A stretch of DNA of 64,000 nucleotides from a virus: the IMG/VR virus record IMGVR_UViG_3300045988_135886. One strand, written 5' to 3'. Position 1 is the first letter of the stretch. Every line of letters starts with the position of its first letter. The position numbers and the translations under genes were made by a program. Of the stretch, positions 18,358 through 27,893 are shown one piece after another. The notes under the pieces are model-generated. The model was not told the origin of the DNA and ran no database searches. It saw nothing but the letters and a program-made list of their open reading frames with translations.

Positions 18358-19389
18358 TTAAATCTCTCCTAATACAATTCTTTCATTGACAGACATTACA
18401 AACTCTTCTATAGCTTTATAATTTGGTTTATCAGGCAATGAGGTATTCTTTGAATCATACTCAAGTCTTTTCTCTAACTCGTTTACCATTTCAAAAAATT
18501 CTGGGATAGGCTGACTGTTTGCATCCAAATATTCTCCATTACGTAGAGCCATAAGAAGCTCATGATCATCTTCTCTATATGTAATAATTTTGCCTTTTTC
18601 AAGAATATCAAAACACATAAGATACAATCTCACTAAATGGCACATATGCTTTCCTAGCTTATTATGTTCTATGGCATGTCTGTTTCTTTTTCCAACTTTA
18701 GAGTAATCCTTAACAATATTTTTCATTTCAGCCCACATCCCCTGATAATCATTCAAAGGATAGTGCTTCAACTGGATATCCATAAATACTTCTGTTTCAT
18801 AATCTTCCTGAATACCTTTATCTACATAAAGCTTTATTGCATCTTCTGGAAAATTGAAATACTTTTCAGGGAAAGTATAAAAAGCATTCATAATACTATT
18901 AAGAACATGCTGCATTCTTTCTTCTTGCCCTAGCTTTCTAGCAGCTTTATTATCAAGCCTTCTTAGCTGGCTTGTAGCATAGCCTCCAAAAGAATAGATC
19001 GCTTTCTTAGATAAAAACATTTCAGCATTATCAAGAAGTTCTTGACCAATTGGATGAATATAAAGATAATGTTCCGGCTTCAATCCTATCAGCTCAATTG
19101 TGTTTGGGTTGCAGTTTGACAATAGAGTTATCAATTTATTAAAAGAATAGATTGTTGTATCTGTTGTTTCTTCCGTTACCTGATCAAAATTATGTGTAGG
19201 AATCAGGATTTCTTCTCTTTTATTTAAAGCACAACCCCTAATATCCAGATCGGAGCTTTCTGTATCTGTACCATAAGCATGAGACCCACCTAAGCCTAAT
19301 AGAATTATGTTGCTCCCCAGGTGCTCGTCCGCTCTTAAGAAATCATAATGTTCACTTTTCAACAACTTCTTGATTTTCTCTATCTTCAT
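18358..19389 (-). CDS. Pol-beta-fold nucleotidyltransferase (RlaP/PF10127-like)
   Basis: GLGGSHAYGTDTESSDLDIRG (GS...DxD). ATG 19389 behind AGGAGAA is preferred over the track TTG 19392. Confidence 0.65.
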   Translation of the reverse strand: MKIEKIKKLLKSEHYDFLRADEHLGSNIILLGLGGSHAYGTDTESSDLDIRGCALNKREEILIPTHNFDQVTEETTDTTIYSFNKLITLLSNCNPNTIELIGLKPEHYLYIHPIGQELLDNAEMFLSKKAIYSFGGYATSQLRRLDNKAARKLGQEERMQHVLNSIMNAFYTFPEKYFNFPEDAIKLYVDKGIQEDYETEVFMDIQLKHYPLNDYQGMWAEMKNIVKDYSKVGKRNRHAIEHNKLGKHMCHLVRLYLMCFDILEKGKIITYREDDHELLMALRNGEYLDANSQPIPEFFEMVNELEKRLEYDSKNTSLPDKPNYKAIEEFVMSVNERIVLGEI

Positions 19390-19870
19390 CAATTTCTCCT
19401 GTTGAATAATAATAATTTACTATATCGTCTAAGTTCCTTATCTCTTTTTCTAACTCTGCACACTTTTTCTTGCTATCACATGCCCATAACTGTTTTCGTA
19501 GCTTCGTTGCAACCTCAGATACCTTTTCTGCTTCTTCTGTTTTATCAATGGTTTCTATGACATCAACTTCAATTGGTTCTCCGCAAAATGGACAGAATTT
19601 AAGAGGGTAATAATAGTCTTCAGGCCATGTATCTTCCCAGTCTTGGACTTCTTCGCTTACGTAAAAGAAAATTCCAAAAGTTTCATCAGTTTTATAGTCA
19701 CAACCATGGCATTCTATAGTTTCACAAGTTCTACATAAATAGTTATCAGGATATTCATTAGAAATAACTATCCTAGGATTCTCTTCCAATGCTTTGCAAC
19801 AGAATTTAGGTTTATAATATTTATAAGATGTGCTCCTATCTACAATTATTTGCTTTGCTTTTATTTCCAT
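19352..19870 (-). CDS. Cys-rich (multi zinc-ribbon) hypothetical protein
   Basis: CCKAL, CRTCETIECHGC, CPFCGEP; acidic C-terminus. Confidence 0.55.
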   Translation of the reverse strand: MEIKAKQIIVDRSTSYKYYKPKFCCKALEENPRIVISNEYPDNYLCRTCETIECHGCDYKTDETFGIFFYVSEEVQDWEDTWPEDYYYPLKFCPFCGEPIEVDVIETIDKTEEAEKVSEVATKLRKQLWACDSKKKCAELEKEIRNLDDIVNYYYSTGEIDEDRENQEVVEK

Positions 19871-19879
19871 GTTTACACC

Positions 19880-20263
19880 TCAGATAATCTGTAAGTTTTC
19901 ATCACCAATAAGCCATGCAGAATCTAAAATAAAATTTTCATATGGATCACCATTGTCATTCCAGAACTCATCCGATCCAACCTCCCAATCGCCCAATGTT
20001 CCAGCATTAAAGTTACCGTATAAATAATCTGCCACATATTCTAAAAACGCATCTGCAGCCTTATCATAATCTTCTTTTCTTATTAACTCTTCTACATCCG
20101 GCTCAAGATCAATCCATTTATGCTGTTCAATCAAAAAAGATTTAGCGTTGTCTCTTACTTTCAGCAGTGAGTTTTTAATGTCTGTCAATGTTGCATCTTT
20201 CTTTTTTGCAATGATATAACTTGAAGACGAACTATTAGTAACAAATCCTCTTCTTATTTTCAT
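19880..20263 (-). CDS. GFVTNSSSSS-motif family protein (paralog 1)
   Basis: N-terminus MKIRRGFVTNSSSSSYIIAKK; acidic remainder. Confidence 0.7.
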   Translation of the reverse strand: MKIRRGFVTNSSSSSYIIAKKKDATLTDIKNSLLKVRDNAKSFLIEQHKWIDLEPDVEELIRKEDYDKAADAFLEYVADYLYGNFNAGTLGDWEVGSDEFWNDNGDPYENFILDSAWLIGDENLQII

Positions 20264-20658
20264 TAACCATCTCTCCCTTCTCCTTCAGCAACTTCTATAT
20301 CAGCAAATCCATTTACTTCCGTAATAGCATCTATTGCTTCATTCATAGAGAAATCATAATCATATACAGCATCACCCCATTCATCATAATAAGCATCGTT
20401 CCTGTCCTCAATTACGATATATTCTCCATCAGGGTGCTTTTCTAAAATGTCATCAACTCCATAAATGACCGCTCCGCACCAACTAGCACCAAGCTCACCG
20501 GACCAGTTTCTTTCATCATTTACACCAGTGACATCTAATACATCAAGATTGAACTGATCAATTATCTTCTGAGCTTTTTCTTTGTCAGCAATCCTTGCAA
20601 AGCAAATAATGAAACTGCTAGAGCTTGAATTAGTAACAAATCCTTTCCGTATTTTCAT
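20263..20658 (-). CDS. GFVTNSSSSS-motif family protein (paralog 2)
   Basis: N-terminus MKIRKGFVTNSSSSSFIICFA; acidic; SD AAAGGAGGG. Confidence 0.7.
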   Translation of the reverse strand: MKIRKGFVTNSSSSSFIICFARIADKEKAQKIIDQFNLDVLDVTGVNDERNWSGELGASWCGAVIYGVDDILEKHPDGEYIVIEDRNDAYYDEWGDAVYDYDFSMNEAIDAITEVNGFADIEVAEGEGRDG

Positions 20659-20670
20659 GAGCCCTCCTTT

Positions 20671-20859
20671 CTAGTGGCTCTCGCCACTAGATTTCTTATT
20701 CCACTTAGGTTTATCGACTTTTATTTTATTTACATGTTTAGAGAATGCAAGTGACTTCTTAGACTGCTTCATTCCATGTTTAACCATCCTAGTATGTTTC
20801 TTTCCATTTTTATCTACTTTTGTCTCATACTCTTTGTTCCAGGAATTCTTTGATCTCAT
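20671..20859 (-). CDS. Small highly basic (Lys-rich) protein
   Basis: 62 aa, K/H/N-rich, no motif recognised. Confidence 0.5.
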   Translation of the reverse strand: MRSKNSWNKEYETKVDKNGKKHTRMVKHGMKQSKKSLAFSKHVNKIKVDKPKWNKKSSGESH

Positions 20860-20860
20860 A

Positions 20861-22009
20861 TTACATGTCCTCCATTGAATAAATTACTCTTTCTAAACTT
20901 CTTTTTGATTTGAAACACTTCTTAAGTAAACACCACATAATGGCTTTTTCAGTATCATCTTCGTCTTCCCAATCATTTAAGACTACAGAAGTCTGTGTTC
21001 CATCTTTGAATCCTACAGTAGTTCTAATTTTCCCTGTAGCAATATCTTTTGTTCTTCCTACAAATGAAATATCATCTTTAGACAATGTTTTATAAACACG
21101 TTTATCAAAATCATCTTTAGATATAATGTATACATCAACGCCTAAAGCCTCTTTAATTTGACGTTCACAGCTCCTAAACTCTTTATCGAGTGCATGCTTA
21201 TGATTAATAGTTTCTTGAGCCTTCTCTAAAGCTACAGCAATATCTTCTGGTGAGCAACAATATGTCATATTATTATCCTCCTTGTAATTGAAATACGGCA
21301 TTGGTTTCATTTTAAACTTATTTTTTGTATGTAAACGATCAATCCGTCTTTTAATTTCCGGATCATCGCAAATACCTGTACGAATATATCTATCTAATAC
21401 TGCATAGGTAAATCCGAAGTTATCTTCATCTGATTTACCGCATAACCCATCTGATGGTGTTTTCTCTACATATTTTTTAGGTAATCCTAAGTAATAACCG
21501 ATTCTTTTTACTTCACTCTTTGTGAACTGTGCCAATGGAGCAAAGTCTCCTGCTGAGTCACCATATCTAGTGGAGTATCCGATGTAATCCTCACTAAGGT
21601 TACATGTATTAACCACTCTTCCATTGTGTGACTGCGATACCCCGTATAGAGTGGCCATTCTTAGTCTAGGAGCGAGATTAATTAATGTCTGATCTGTTAC
21701 ATTAAATGCAGCATCAATTTGATCAATAATATCATCATAAGCTGATCCAATATTAATAGTAAGATAATCAATGTTTAATACATGCTGGCAAATATCATAA
21801 GCCACACAAATATCATCCTGTTTATAATTTGGCATAATTACTCCAAGAACCTTGTCAGCTCCAATAGCTTCTACACATAACTCAGCAGCCACTAAAGAAT
21901 CAACACCACCGGAGATACCTACTATAAAATTACATCCTGGGCCGTTCTCTTCTCTCCAATCTCTAATCCACTGAATACAATCATTTGTTGCTTTTTCTAC
22001 ATTAAACAT
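20861..22009 (-). CDS. nadE: NH3-dependent NAD+ synthetase (NadE) fused to an unknown ~135-aa C-terminal domain
   Basis: PP-loop GISGGVDSLV, SDEDNFGFTY region. There is an internal in-frame AAGGAGGATAATAATATG near 21270. Confidence 0.75.
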   Translation of the reverse strand: MFNVEKATNDCIQWIRDWREENGPGCNFIVGISGGVDSLVAAELCVEAIGADKVLGVIMPNYKQDDICVAYDICQHVLNIDYLTINIGSAYDDIIDQIDAAFNVTDQTLINLAPRLRMATLYGVSQSHNGRVVNTCNLSEDYIGYSTRYGDSAGDFAPLAQFTKSEVKRIGYYLGLPKKYVEKTPSDGLCGKSDEDNFGFTYAVLDRYIRTGICDDPEIKRRIDRLHTKNKFKMKPMPYFNYKEDNNMTYCCSPEDIAVALEKAQETINHKHALDKEFRSCERQIKEALGVDVYIISKDDFDKRVYKTLSKDDISFVGRTKDIATGKIRTTVGFKDGTQTSVVLNDWEDEDDTEKAIMWCLLKKCFKSKRSLERVIYSMEDM

Positions 22010-22502
22010 TCTGCTCCTCCAATTTCCACAATTCTACTTTAAAACTACTTAATTCTTCTTCTATAATCTTATAAACCACTTCCCAGTCTGCTCCTCCTCT
22101 TCCGCAGCCTATTTTGTATGGGAGTGCAATGGTTGTCTTATGAGGCCTGTTATCAGCATCAAACCAATAAACAGGTATTTGTTGTTGAATGAAATTTAAT
22201 CCTTCTCGAAAAGCTTTAACATCAGTATATTGTTTCCCATCATATTCGTATTTATCTTGTGCAAATAAGGATAATATTCCTTGATTTTTCCTTCTGATAA
22301 AGTATTCGTCATATGTTCCAAGAAGTAATTCTGGATTAAACTCACGTAATTTACAGACGTTTCTATAATGTATATAAATACCTTCGTCATAATCTCTTAA
22401 TGCTTTAGCAACTCCAGTATTCATTTTTCCTTGGCAATTAACTTGATGAATTATATAGTCGGTCTGCGCATCTACAATGTTACCTTCAATAATTTTAATC
22501 AT
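22002..22502 (-). CDS. Macro domain protein (ADP-ribose binding/hydrolase)
   Basis: ATG 22502; IIEGNIVDAQTDYIIHQVNCQGKMNTGVAKAL ... IGCGRGGADWE. Confidence 0.65.
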   Translation of the reverse strand: MIKIIEGNIVDAQTDYIIHQVNCQGKMNTGVAKALRDYDEGIYIHYRNVCKLREFNPELLLGTYDEYFIRRKNQGILSLFAQDKYEYDGKQYTDVKAFREGLNFIQQQIPVYWFDADNRPHKTTIALPYKIGCGRGGADWEVVYKIIEEELSSFKVELWKLEEQNV

Positions 22503-22512
22503 AAATCTTTTC

Positions 22513-22920
22513 CTATAAATCCTGAAATGTAAACTTCTCGCCACAGGAGCAAATCACTTCTCCAATAGTTCCTATTGATGTTGGTGTAAAGCACCATGTA
22601 AGAGAACCGCCTATGCAACCATGTCCCATTGCTCTCTGTTTAGAAGTTTTCAGACCATGTTTCTCAGCATCATGTTTTAATTCCCACTCTCTGATTTTCT
22701 CTTGTTCTTTTTCTGAAATTGGAAATCCTCTATATAAATCGTCTTTTGCTTCTTTTAACTCAGCTTCCATTCTTTGCATTTCAGAATCTTTATAATGCTC
22801 ATCTTTGAGCTTCTTGTTTTCTTCTTCTAAGTATTTAATTCGTTTTTCATAAGTGTCTACTTTATCAACAATCCCCTGACAAAGATCTGAAACTGAATCA
22901 GTAAAATATGTACTACTCAT
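22513..22920 (-). CDS. Coiled-coil protein with C-terminal Cys/His cluster
   Basis: 135 aa, heptad-rich N-terminal half, HGCIGG...CSCGE. Confidence 0.5.
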   Translation of the reverse strand: MSSTYFTDSVSDLCQGIVDKVDTYEKRIKYLEEENKKLKDEHYKDSEMQRMEAELKEAKDDLYRGFPISEKEQEKIREWELKHDAEKHGLKTSKQRAMGHGCIGGSLTWCFTPTSIGTIGEVICSCGEKFTFQDL

Positions 22921-22937
22921 TTTTTATACCTCCATAT

Positions 22938-23411
22938 CTACTCCATAAATGATGAAACATGTACGGTTACAAAATCACTATGTGCACGAATATAATCCAA
23001 AGTTTTAACTGTATCTTCTACAATTGCAATCTGAGATGGCTTAAGTCCGAGCTTTTGTTGCAGCGTTTGAAGCACAGTAAGTTTTTCTGTCTTTTCTAAA
23101 GTGAAATAGATATTATCATCTGGCAGATCATAATTGTCTTTTATAAAAGCTCTTTTACCAGGAATTTCATTTAAAGGACTCTTTGAACAGGTATATACTT
23201 TATTCACGCCTTTATTCTGAATAAACTCCTGCATTAATTTGATCGGACGCACATCTTTATACGGATTCTCACCGGAAGCTACAAGTCTGTCCCATTCATC
23301 GTCAGTCATACTATGACTTAATTCAGAAAACTCATACGGAGCAAGTACTCCATCTACATCCATTACTACAATCACATCATCTTTTAATAAATAATCTGTA
23401 ATTTTACTCAT
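22938..23411 (-). CDS. HAD-superfamily phosphatase-like protein
   Basis: VVMDVDGVLAP (DxDxV nucleophile motif); 157 aa; overlaps the NAMPT-like stop. Confidence 0.5.
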   Translation of the reverse strand: MSKITDYLLKDDVIVVMDVDGVLAPYEFSELSHSMTDDEWDRLVASGENPYKDVRPIKLMQEFIQNKGVNKVYTCSKSPLNEIPGKRAFIKDNYDLPDDNIYFTLEKTEKLTVLQTLQQKLGLKPSQIAIVEDTVKTLDYIRAHSDFVTVHVSSFME

Positions 23412-24879
23412 CTTTGTTTCTTCCGTTTAATCTGTCTCTGATTTCTTTAAATATTTCTGTATGATATATTTCACCGTCTTTAAATACAGTTTTTAATGCC
23501 CCATCATAAACAAAGCTGTCATATCCATCTCTGCACCTTAATTCTCCATTTTCATCGTAATATACATGACAACATCCTTTATGAGATTTCTTTAAATGGC
23601 TTACATCTGTCTTTGGATCTTTGTAAATCATAATCGGTTGTCCGTTAACTTCTCCAAATGTAGCTTTCATAGCAATGCCGAACATATCTCTGGTTACAAC
23701 GACCATACGTCCATCAGGTTCTACAACTGCCGAGAAACAAAAAGCCCCAACTCCAAATACAATGTTGTTTGCAGCGAATCCTTTCTTCTCAAGTTCTTCC
23801 CATACCTTTTTTACATTGTTAAGAGTACAGCCATCACCATAGATAATTCCAATATGAGGGTCCAGTACTTTGTAACCTTTGCTATTTACTGATCCTTTAA
23901 ATGTATTCCAGAGTTTTTCGATAGTCTTAACTGAAATCTCTACCATATCACCAGAATCCGGACGAACCAAGAGCTTACCATTGTGCTGCATAATTTCTTT
24001 TTTGCAAGCTGGAAGAATATTGTCAATCATGTTCCAGTAATCATATGTATCAGATACCATGCTGAAAGATGCATTCGGATATAATTCTGTAAGTAGTCTT
24101 TTCACAAATGTAATTTCGTCTCCGTCCACAGCATAATTTGAAGCCATGACCGCATGTTCGGTAGAAATCGCACCAATTCCAATATGACTCACGCTACAGT
24201 CATTGAAATAATATTTGTCCAAATAATCAATTGCCGGGATCGTACTTGTCTTATCAAAGGATAATAGCCAAGCAACGGAGCATCTCTCTGCTTCTTCCAT
24301 ACAGGACATTCCACGCATTCCAAAGTCTGAGCAGGCCATTTCAGGTCTTAAAATGTCGTCGCAGGTCTTTTTATAGTAGAAATTTGCCAGTTCTCTGTAC
24401 ATATGTCCAATTGTTGCATGAGCACACGGCTTCCAAAGCTCAACCTGCAGAATACACTCAATCCACTGCACAACCCATGCAAAATCTGGATGTGTATTCG
24501 TGATTTCAATGCATGGCACTCCCATAGGCACTAATGTACCTTCCGGCAATGCACGGATCTGAATCGGAAGATACCCTAATTCGTGAAGTTTAAGGATTGG
24601 AGAAATATCGTAATTTCCTTCTCCTAACTGAATGTCCATACTAATTGTATAAAGTTCTTGAACTTCATCAGTGCTTAATTTAAAGAAATCTCTTTTAAAA
24701 TATGTAATAAGATATTCTTTAATAAAAGCCTGCAGTCCGAAGAAAACCATATGATCCTGCTCCTTTAACATTGATCTTCTCGGAGTCCAATAAGAGACTA
24801 ACTTCGTCAATCCTCTCGGAAACATATTGTGGTGTACTTGTTTGTAAGTATCGCTTAACAGAATTGCTAAGGTATCCAT
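23404..24879 (-). CDS. Nicotinamide phosphoribosyltransferase family protein (NAMPT/NadV-like or Namat-like)
   Basis: 491 aa; LSDTYKQVH, VSDTYDYWN, LLVRPDSGD, IIYGDG motifs of the NAMPT family. Confidence 0.8.
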   Translation of the reverse strand: MDTLAILLSDTYKQVHHNMFPRGLTKLVSYWTPRRSMLKEQDHMVFFGLQAFIKEYLITYFKRDFFKLSTDEVQELYTISMDIQLGEGNYDISPILKLHELGYLPIQIRALPEGTLVPMGVPCIEITNTHPDFAWVVQWIECILQVELWKPCAHATIGHMYRELANFYYKKTCDDILRPEMACSDFGMRGMSCMEEAERCSVAWLLSFDKTSTIPAIDYLDKYYFNDCSVSHIGIGAISTEHAVMASNYAVDGDEITFVKRLLTELYPNASFSMVSDTYDYWNMIDNILPACKKEIMQHNGKLLVRPDSGDMVEISVKTIEKLWNTFKGSVNSKGYKVLDPHIGIIYGDGCTLNNVKKVWEELEKKGFAANNIVFGVGAFCFSAVVEPDGRMVVVTRDMFGIAMKATFGEVNGQPIMIYKDPKTDVSHLKKSHKGCCHVYYDENGELRCRDGYDSFVYDGALKTVFKDGEIYHTEIFKEIRDRLNGRNKDE

Positions 24880-25268
24880 TATTTTTTATCCTCCTCTTTG
24901 TCGTTTACAACTTTGTCAATCTGGTCAGTAATATAATCAACTACATCTTTGCCGGTTTTCCCAATCGCTTGTATATTATCTGTAGTTACATTATCTAATA
25001 CAATCATTGTATACATTGTGTCTTTCGATGGAATTACTGTAAAAAGTAAACTACTAATACAAAACCAAATAATCGATTTCTTTAAATACTTTTTGCATTT
25101 AATAATTAAATTATCATCTATATTATATCCCATAAAACATGAAAACCGAATAATTAACAAAACCACTATTGCACATCCAAGTGAAAACAATACAACACTA
25201 AGCAATACATTTAAATTATCAAACAAATTAATCAAATAAATCAACCAAGGGTTAATAATTGGTTTCAT
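24879..25268 (-). CDS. Membrane protein (129 aa)
   Basis: Three hydrophobic segments, acidic/basic tail; TAATG junction with the NAMPT-like gene. Confidence 0.55.
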   Translation of the reverse strand: MKPIINPWLIYLINLFDNLNVLLSVVLFSLGCAIVVLLIIRFSCFMGYNIDDNLIIKCKKYLKKSIIWFCISSLLFTVIPSKDTMYTMIVLDNVTTDNIQAIGKTGKDVVDYITDQIDKVVNDKEEDKK

Positions 25269-25383
25269 AGTTTCTCATCTCCTTTATAATTTTATCAACT
25301 TCATATTCTCTTAAAATATCATCCACATCTTCTGTATGAGAATATCTATTAATGTATCTATATGTAGCAATTTCATAATCCAT
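25252..25383 (-). CDS. Possible small ORF (43 aa)
   Basis: Not in the track. ATG 25383 lies 4 nt after the upstream TGA. MDYEIATYRYINRYSHTEDVDDILREYEVDKIIKEMRNYETNY. Overlaps the next start by 17 nt. Weak SD. Confidence 0.3.
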   Translation of the reverse strand: MDYEIATYRYINRYSHTEDVDDILREYEVDKIIKEMRNYETNY

Positions 25384-25387
25384 TGAT

Positions 25388-25594
25388 TCAATCTTCCCAT
25401 TTGTATGTTTCTGTACAGTAATCTGGTAATTCTCTTAATGGACATAATTTAGGAATCGTTGAATGTTCTTTCCTTTTTAAAGAATTAATGTATTTATTTA
25501 ATAATTGGCAATAATATCCATACGTTTCTAATTCTGAAAATGGGCATTCGTCACATGAATTAGGTTCTTCTATAATCAACATAACTTTACTCAT
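25388..25594 (-). CDS. Small Cys4 protein
   Basis: CDECPF...YYCQ...LCPL; 68 aa. Confidence 0.5.
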   Translation of the reverse strand: MSKVMLIIEEPNSCDECPFSELETYGYYCQLLNKYINSLKRKEHSTIPKLCPLRELPDYCTETYKWED

Positions 25595-25646
25595 TATTGC
25601 TTTCTCCTGTAATTTCTCTTAAGCAAATACTTATATCATCTAACCT

Positions 25647-26450
25647 TTATCTAAACCTCTCAATCAGTTCAATCTTAGGACTTTCCAGATTTGTCAGAAT
25701 CGTATCTGTCGTATAAATCTTCTCAATCAATCCATTGTTTTTCAAAAGCTCACCGTCATAAATCGTGTTCTCGCAATGAGTTACATAGAGATAAATCTTA
25801 TTCACTCCTGCTTCTTTTAGTTTCTTAGCACTATAATAAAAAGTACCGCCTTTGCTGCAGATATCATCTACAATAAGGATATCTTTACCTGGTAACTGAT
25901 CAATTTCACCTGATAAATCTAAACCTTTAATCTCTCCAGTTTCCCAATCTCTATTCTTAATACCAAAAGTATATGGAAGATGTACTGCTGAAGAATATCG
26001 CTTCATGGATCCCGCATCCGGATAAAACATCATAAGATTATTACTCGCAATCTTCTTAACAGTATCCTCAATCATTCGATTCGGGGATTCTACATGTACT
26101 TTATTAAATAATGCGGCAGATACATCAGAATGCGGATCTAAAACTTCTACTCTTCCAAAATGTAATGAATTAATAGTCTGAGCAAAATATTTTAAAGTAA
26201 ATAATTCGTTCTCATGTTTAACTCGGTCCATACGTGCATCTAGGATATAAGGCATATATAAATTAGGCACTACTCTATGATCCCAACAATATCTAGTAAT
26301 ATATTCAACTGCTGTTAATTCTTCCATTGATTCAAAGAACCATTCAATATTATCTCTACTCCATCCACCGATGGGTGGGAGATTCTTAAATAAAAATGTC
26401 CCATCCGGATATTTATCAAGTTTGATTTCTACACCGTTTAATTTAATCAT
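25647..26450 (-). CDS. Ribose-phosphate pyrophosphokinase family protein (Prs-like or Adps-like)
   Basis: YPDGTF, MPYILDARMDR, VLDPHS, YPDAGSMKRY, PRPP-loop ILIVDDICSKGGTF, TTDTI; 267 aa. Confidence 0.75.
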   Translation of the reverse strand: MIKLNGVEIKLDKYPDGTFLFKNLPPIGGWSRDNIEWFFESMEELTAVEYITRYCWDHRVVPNLYMPYILDARMDRVKHENELFTLKYFAQTINSLHFGRVEVLDPHSDVSAALFNKVHVESPNRMIEDTVKKIASNNLMMFYPDAGSMKRYSSAVHLPYTFGIKNRDWETGEIKGLDLSGEIDQLPGKDILIVDDICSKGGTFYYSAKKLKEAGVNKIYLYVTHCENTIYDGELLKNNGLIEKIYTTDTILTNLESPKIELIERFR

Positions 26451-26805
26451 TCCAAATCTCCTTATAGTTTATTTCTCGCTGATCAATGATGTTATCTCTT
26501 GTAAAAACAATCTCAAAATCTGAAATCTGCTTTGTACCAACTAACTGAAACTCATAAACTTTATATCCAAGTTTCTGAAGTTCAAGAACGTCAGTAAGGC
26601 TGAACCAGTGTTTTAATGTTTCCTTTGATGGTGCTGCTGAGAACCACTGTTTCCCACATTCTCTGTATAATTCACTATCTTCCATTGGCAGGTTTCTACT
26701 CAATCCTTCTGAGAGCTGGTCAAATACAGGATTCCACGTTCCATCAAAGTTTCTCCACAGTCCATGTTTTTCAGCCTGATCTTCTACTCTATATCCGAAA
26801 ATCAT
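26443..26805 (-). CDS. Hypothetical protein coupled to the Prs-like gene
   Basis: 120 aa, SD AGGAGAAAAAA, 8-nt overlap with the Prs-like start, no motif recognised. Confidence 0.55.
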   Translation of the reverse strand: MIFGYRVEDQAEKHGLWRNFDGTWNPVFDQLSEGLSRNLPMEDSELYRECGKQWFSAAPSKETLKHWFSLTDVLELQKLGYKVYEFQLVGTKQISDFEIVFTRDNIIDQREINYKEIWND

Positions 26806-26881
26806 TTTTTTCTCCTACTACATTAATCCGCATCAAATCTTTGTGTTACTTTAACTTGATTAAATTAATCCACCTTATCCT

Positions 26882-27343
26882 TTACTTATGCTCAATATCA
26901 CAGGTAGTTATTACAGACGGATTATTCAAATGATTACCATTGCAGAAATTATTAATAAAATCCACCTGTCTTTGAAAGTAATCAATAGATTCACATAATG
27001 AAGTTTTCGCTTCGCTTAATAATCCTGCGACAATTGTACTAATCTTAAACAGTTCATTTTCTTCATCATCATATTCAATACCATCTGCATGATTAAATGG
27101 ACAAATCATCCCCTCATTTCTACATATAATAAAATCACCATTCTTTTTATAGATTGAACAAACTAAAATATCATCGTCATAATGTCCATCAAATTCCAAA
27201 ATCTGCAATGTTTCCACATCATTTTTTGTAACGATTTTTGTTGTGATTGTTTCATCACAATCATTATCATATAAATAATTCTGAATATCCTCTAATGTAA
27301 TTTCTTCTAATTTCTTCATTTCCACAGTATTTTCTCCTACCAT
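26882..27343 (-). CDS. Hypothetical acidic protein
   Basis: 153 aa, starts 1 nt after the PncA stop, no motif recognised. Confidence 0.55.
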   Translation of the reverse strand: MVGENTVEMKKLEEITLEDIQNYLYDNDCDETITTKIVTKNDVETLQILEFDGHYDDDILVCSIYKKNGDFIICRNEGMICPFNHADGIEYDDEENELFKISTIVAGLLSEAKTSLCESIDYFQRQVDFINNFCNGNHLNNPSVITTCDIEHK

Positions 27344-27344
27344 C

Positions 27345-27893
27345 TTATTTCTCTCCTATCACATTAATCTGGCAACTTTTCATCACTTCTAAAGCTGCTT
27401 TATGCTTCTCCGGTGAAGTCCCGGCACAGCATGACGCATCAACTGTAATTTCTATATCCGGATAATGTGTTTTTAATACTAATGCATTAGTTACTACACA
27501 GATATCTGTGCATACACCAATAATTTCAACATCATAACAACATATCCAATGGCTTATATTCCATCTATATCCAAAAGTATTTTTAGGATAAATCTTTTCC
27601 ATTGTTGAAAGTTCAACATTTAATTCTGGAATAATTTCATAGCCAGAAGTTCCTACAATACAATGTGACACTGGAAGTTTTTTGCCTTCTGGTGTTTCCA
27701 AATAATCATCGTAATGAGTATCAGTTGTAAAAATAATCACATCATCTCTTGATCTATATTCTTCCACTTTTTTCACTATATTCGGTACAACTGCCTGAGC
27801 TTCCGGTGTACCTAGCGAACCTGTCACAAAATCATTCTGAACATCAATAACAATCAAAATTTTCTTTTTATTTTCCACAAGTACTACCTCCAA
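27345..27893 (-). CDS. pncA: Nicotinamidase (isochorismatase family, PncA-like)
   Basis: ILIVIDVQNDF, TTDTHYDDY, VSHCIVGTSGYE, catalytic Cys in GVCTDICV. Start is either TTG 27893 or GTG 27878 (behind GGAGG). Confidence 0.75.
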   Translation of the reverse strand: MEVVLVENKKKILIVIDVQNDFVTGSLGTPEAQAVVPNIVKKVEEYRSRDDVIIFTTDTHYDDYLETPEGKKLPVSHCIVGTSGYEIIPELNVELSTMEKIYPKNTFGYRWNISHWICCYDVEIIGVCTDICVVTNALVLKTHYPDIEITVDASCCAGTSPEKHKAALEVMKSCQINVIGEK

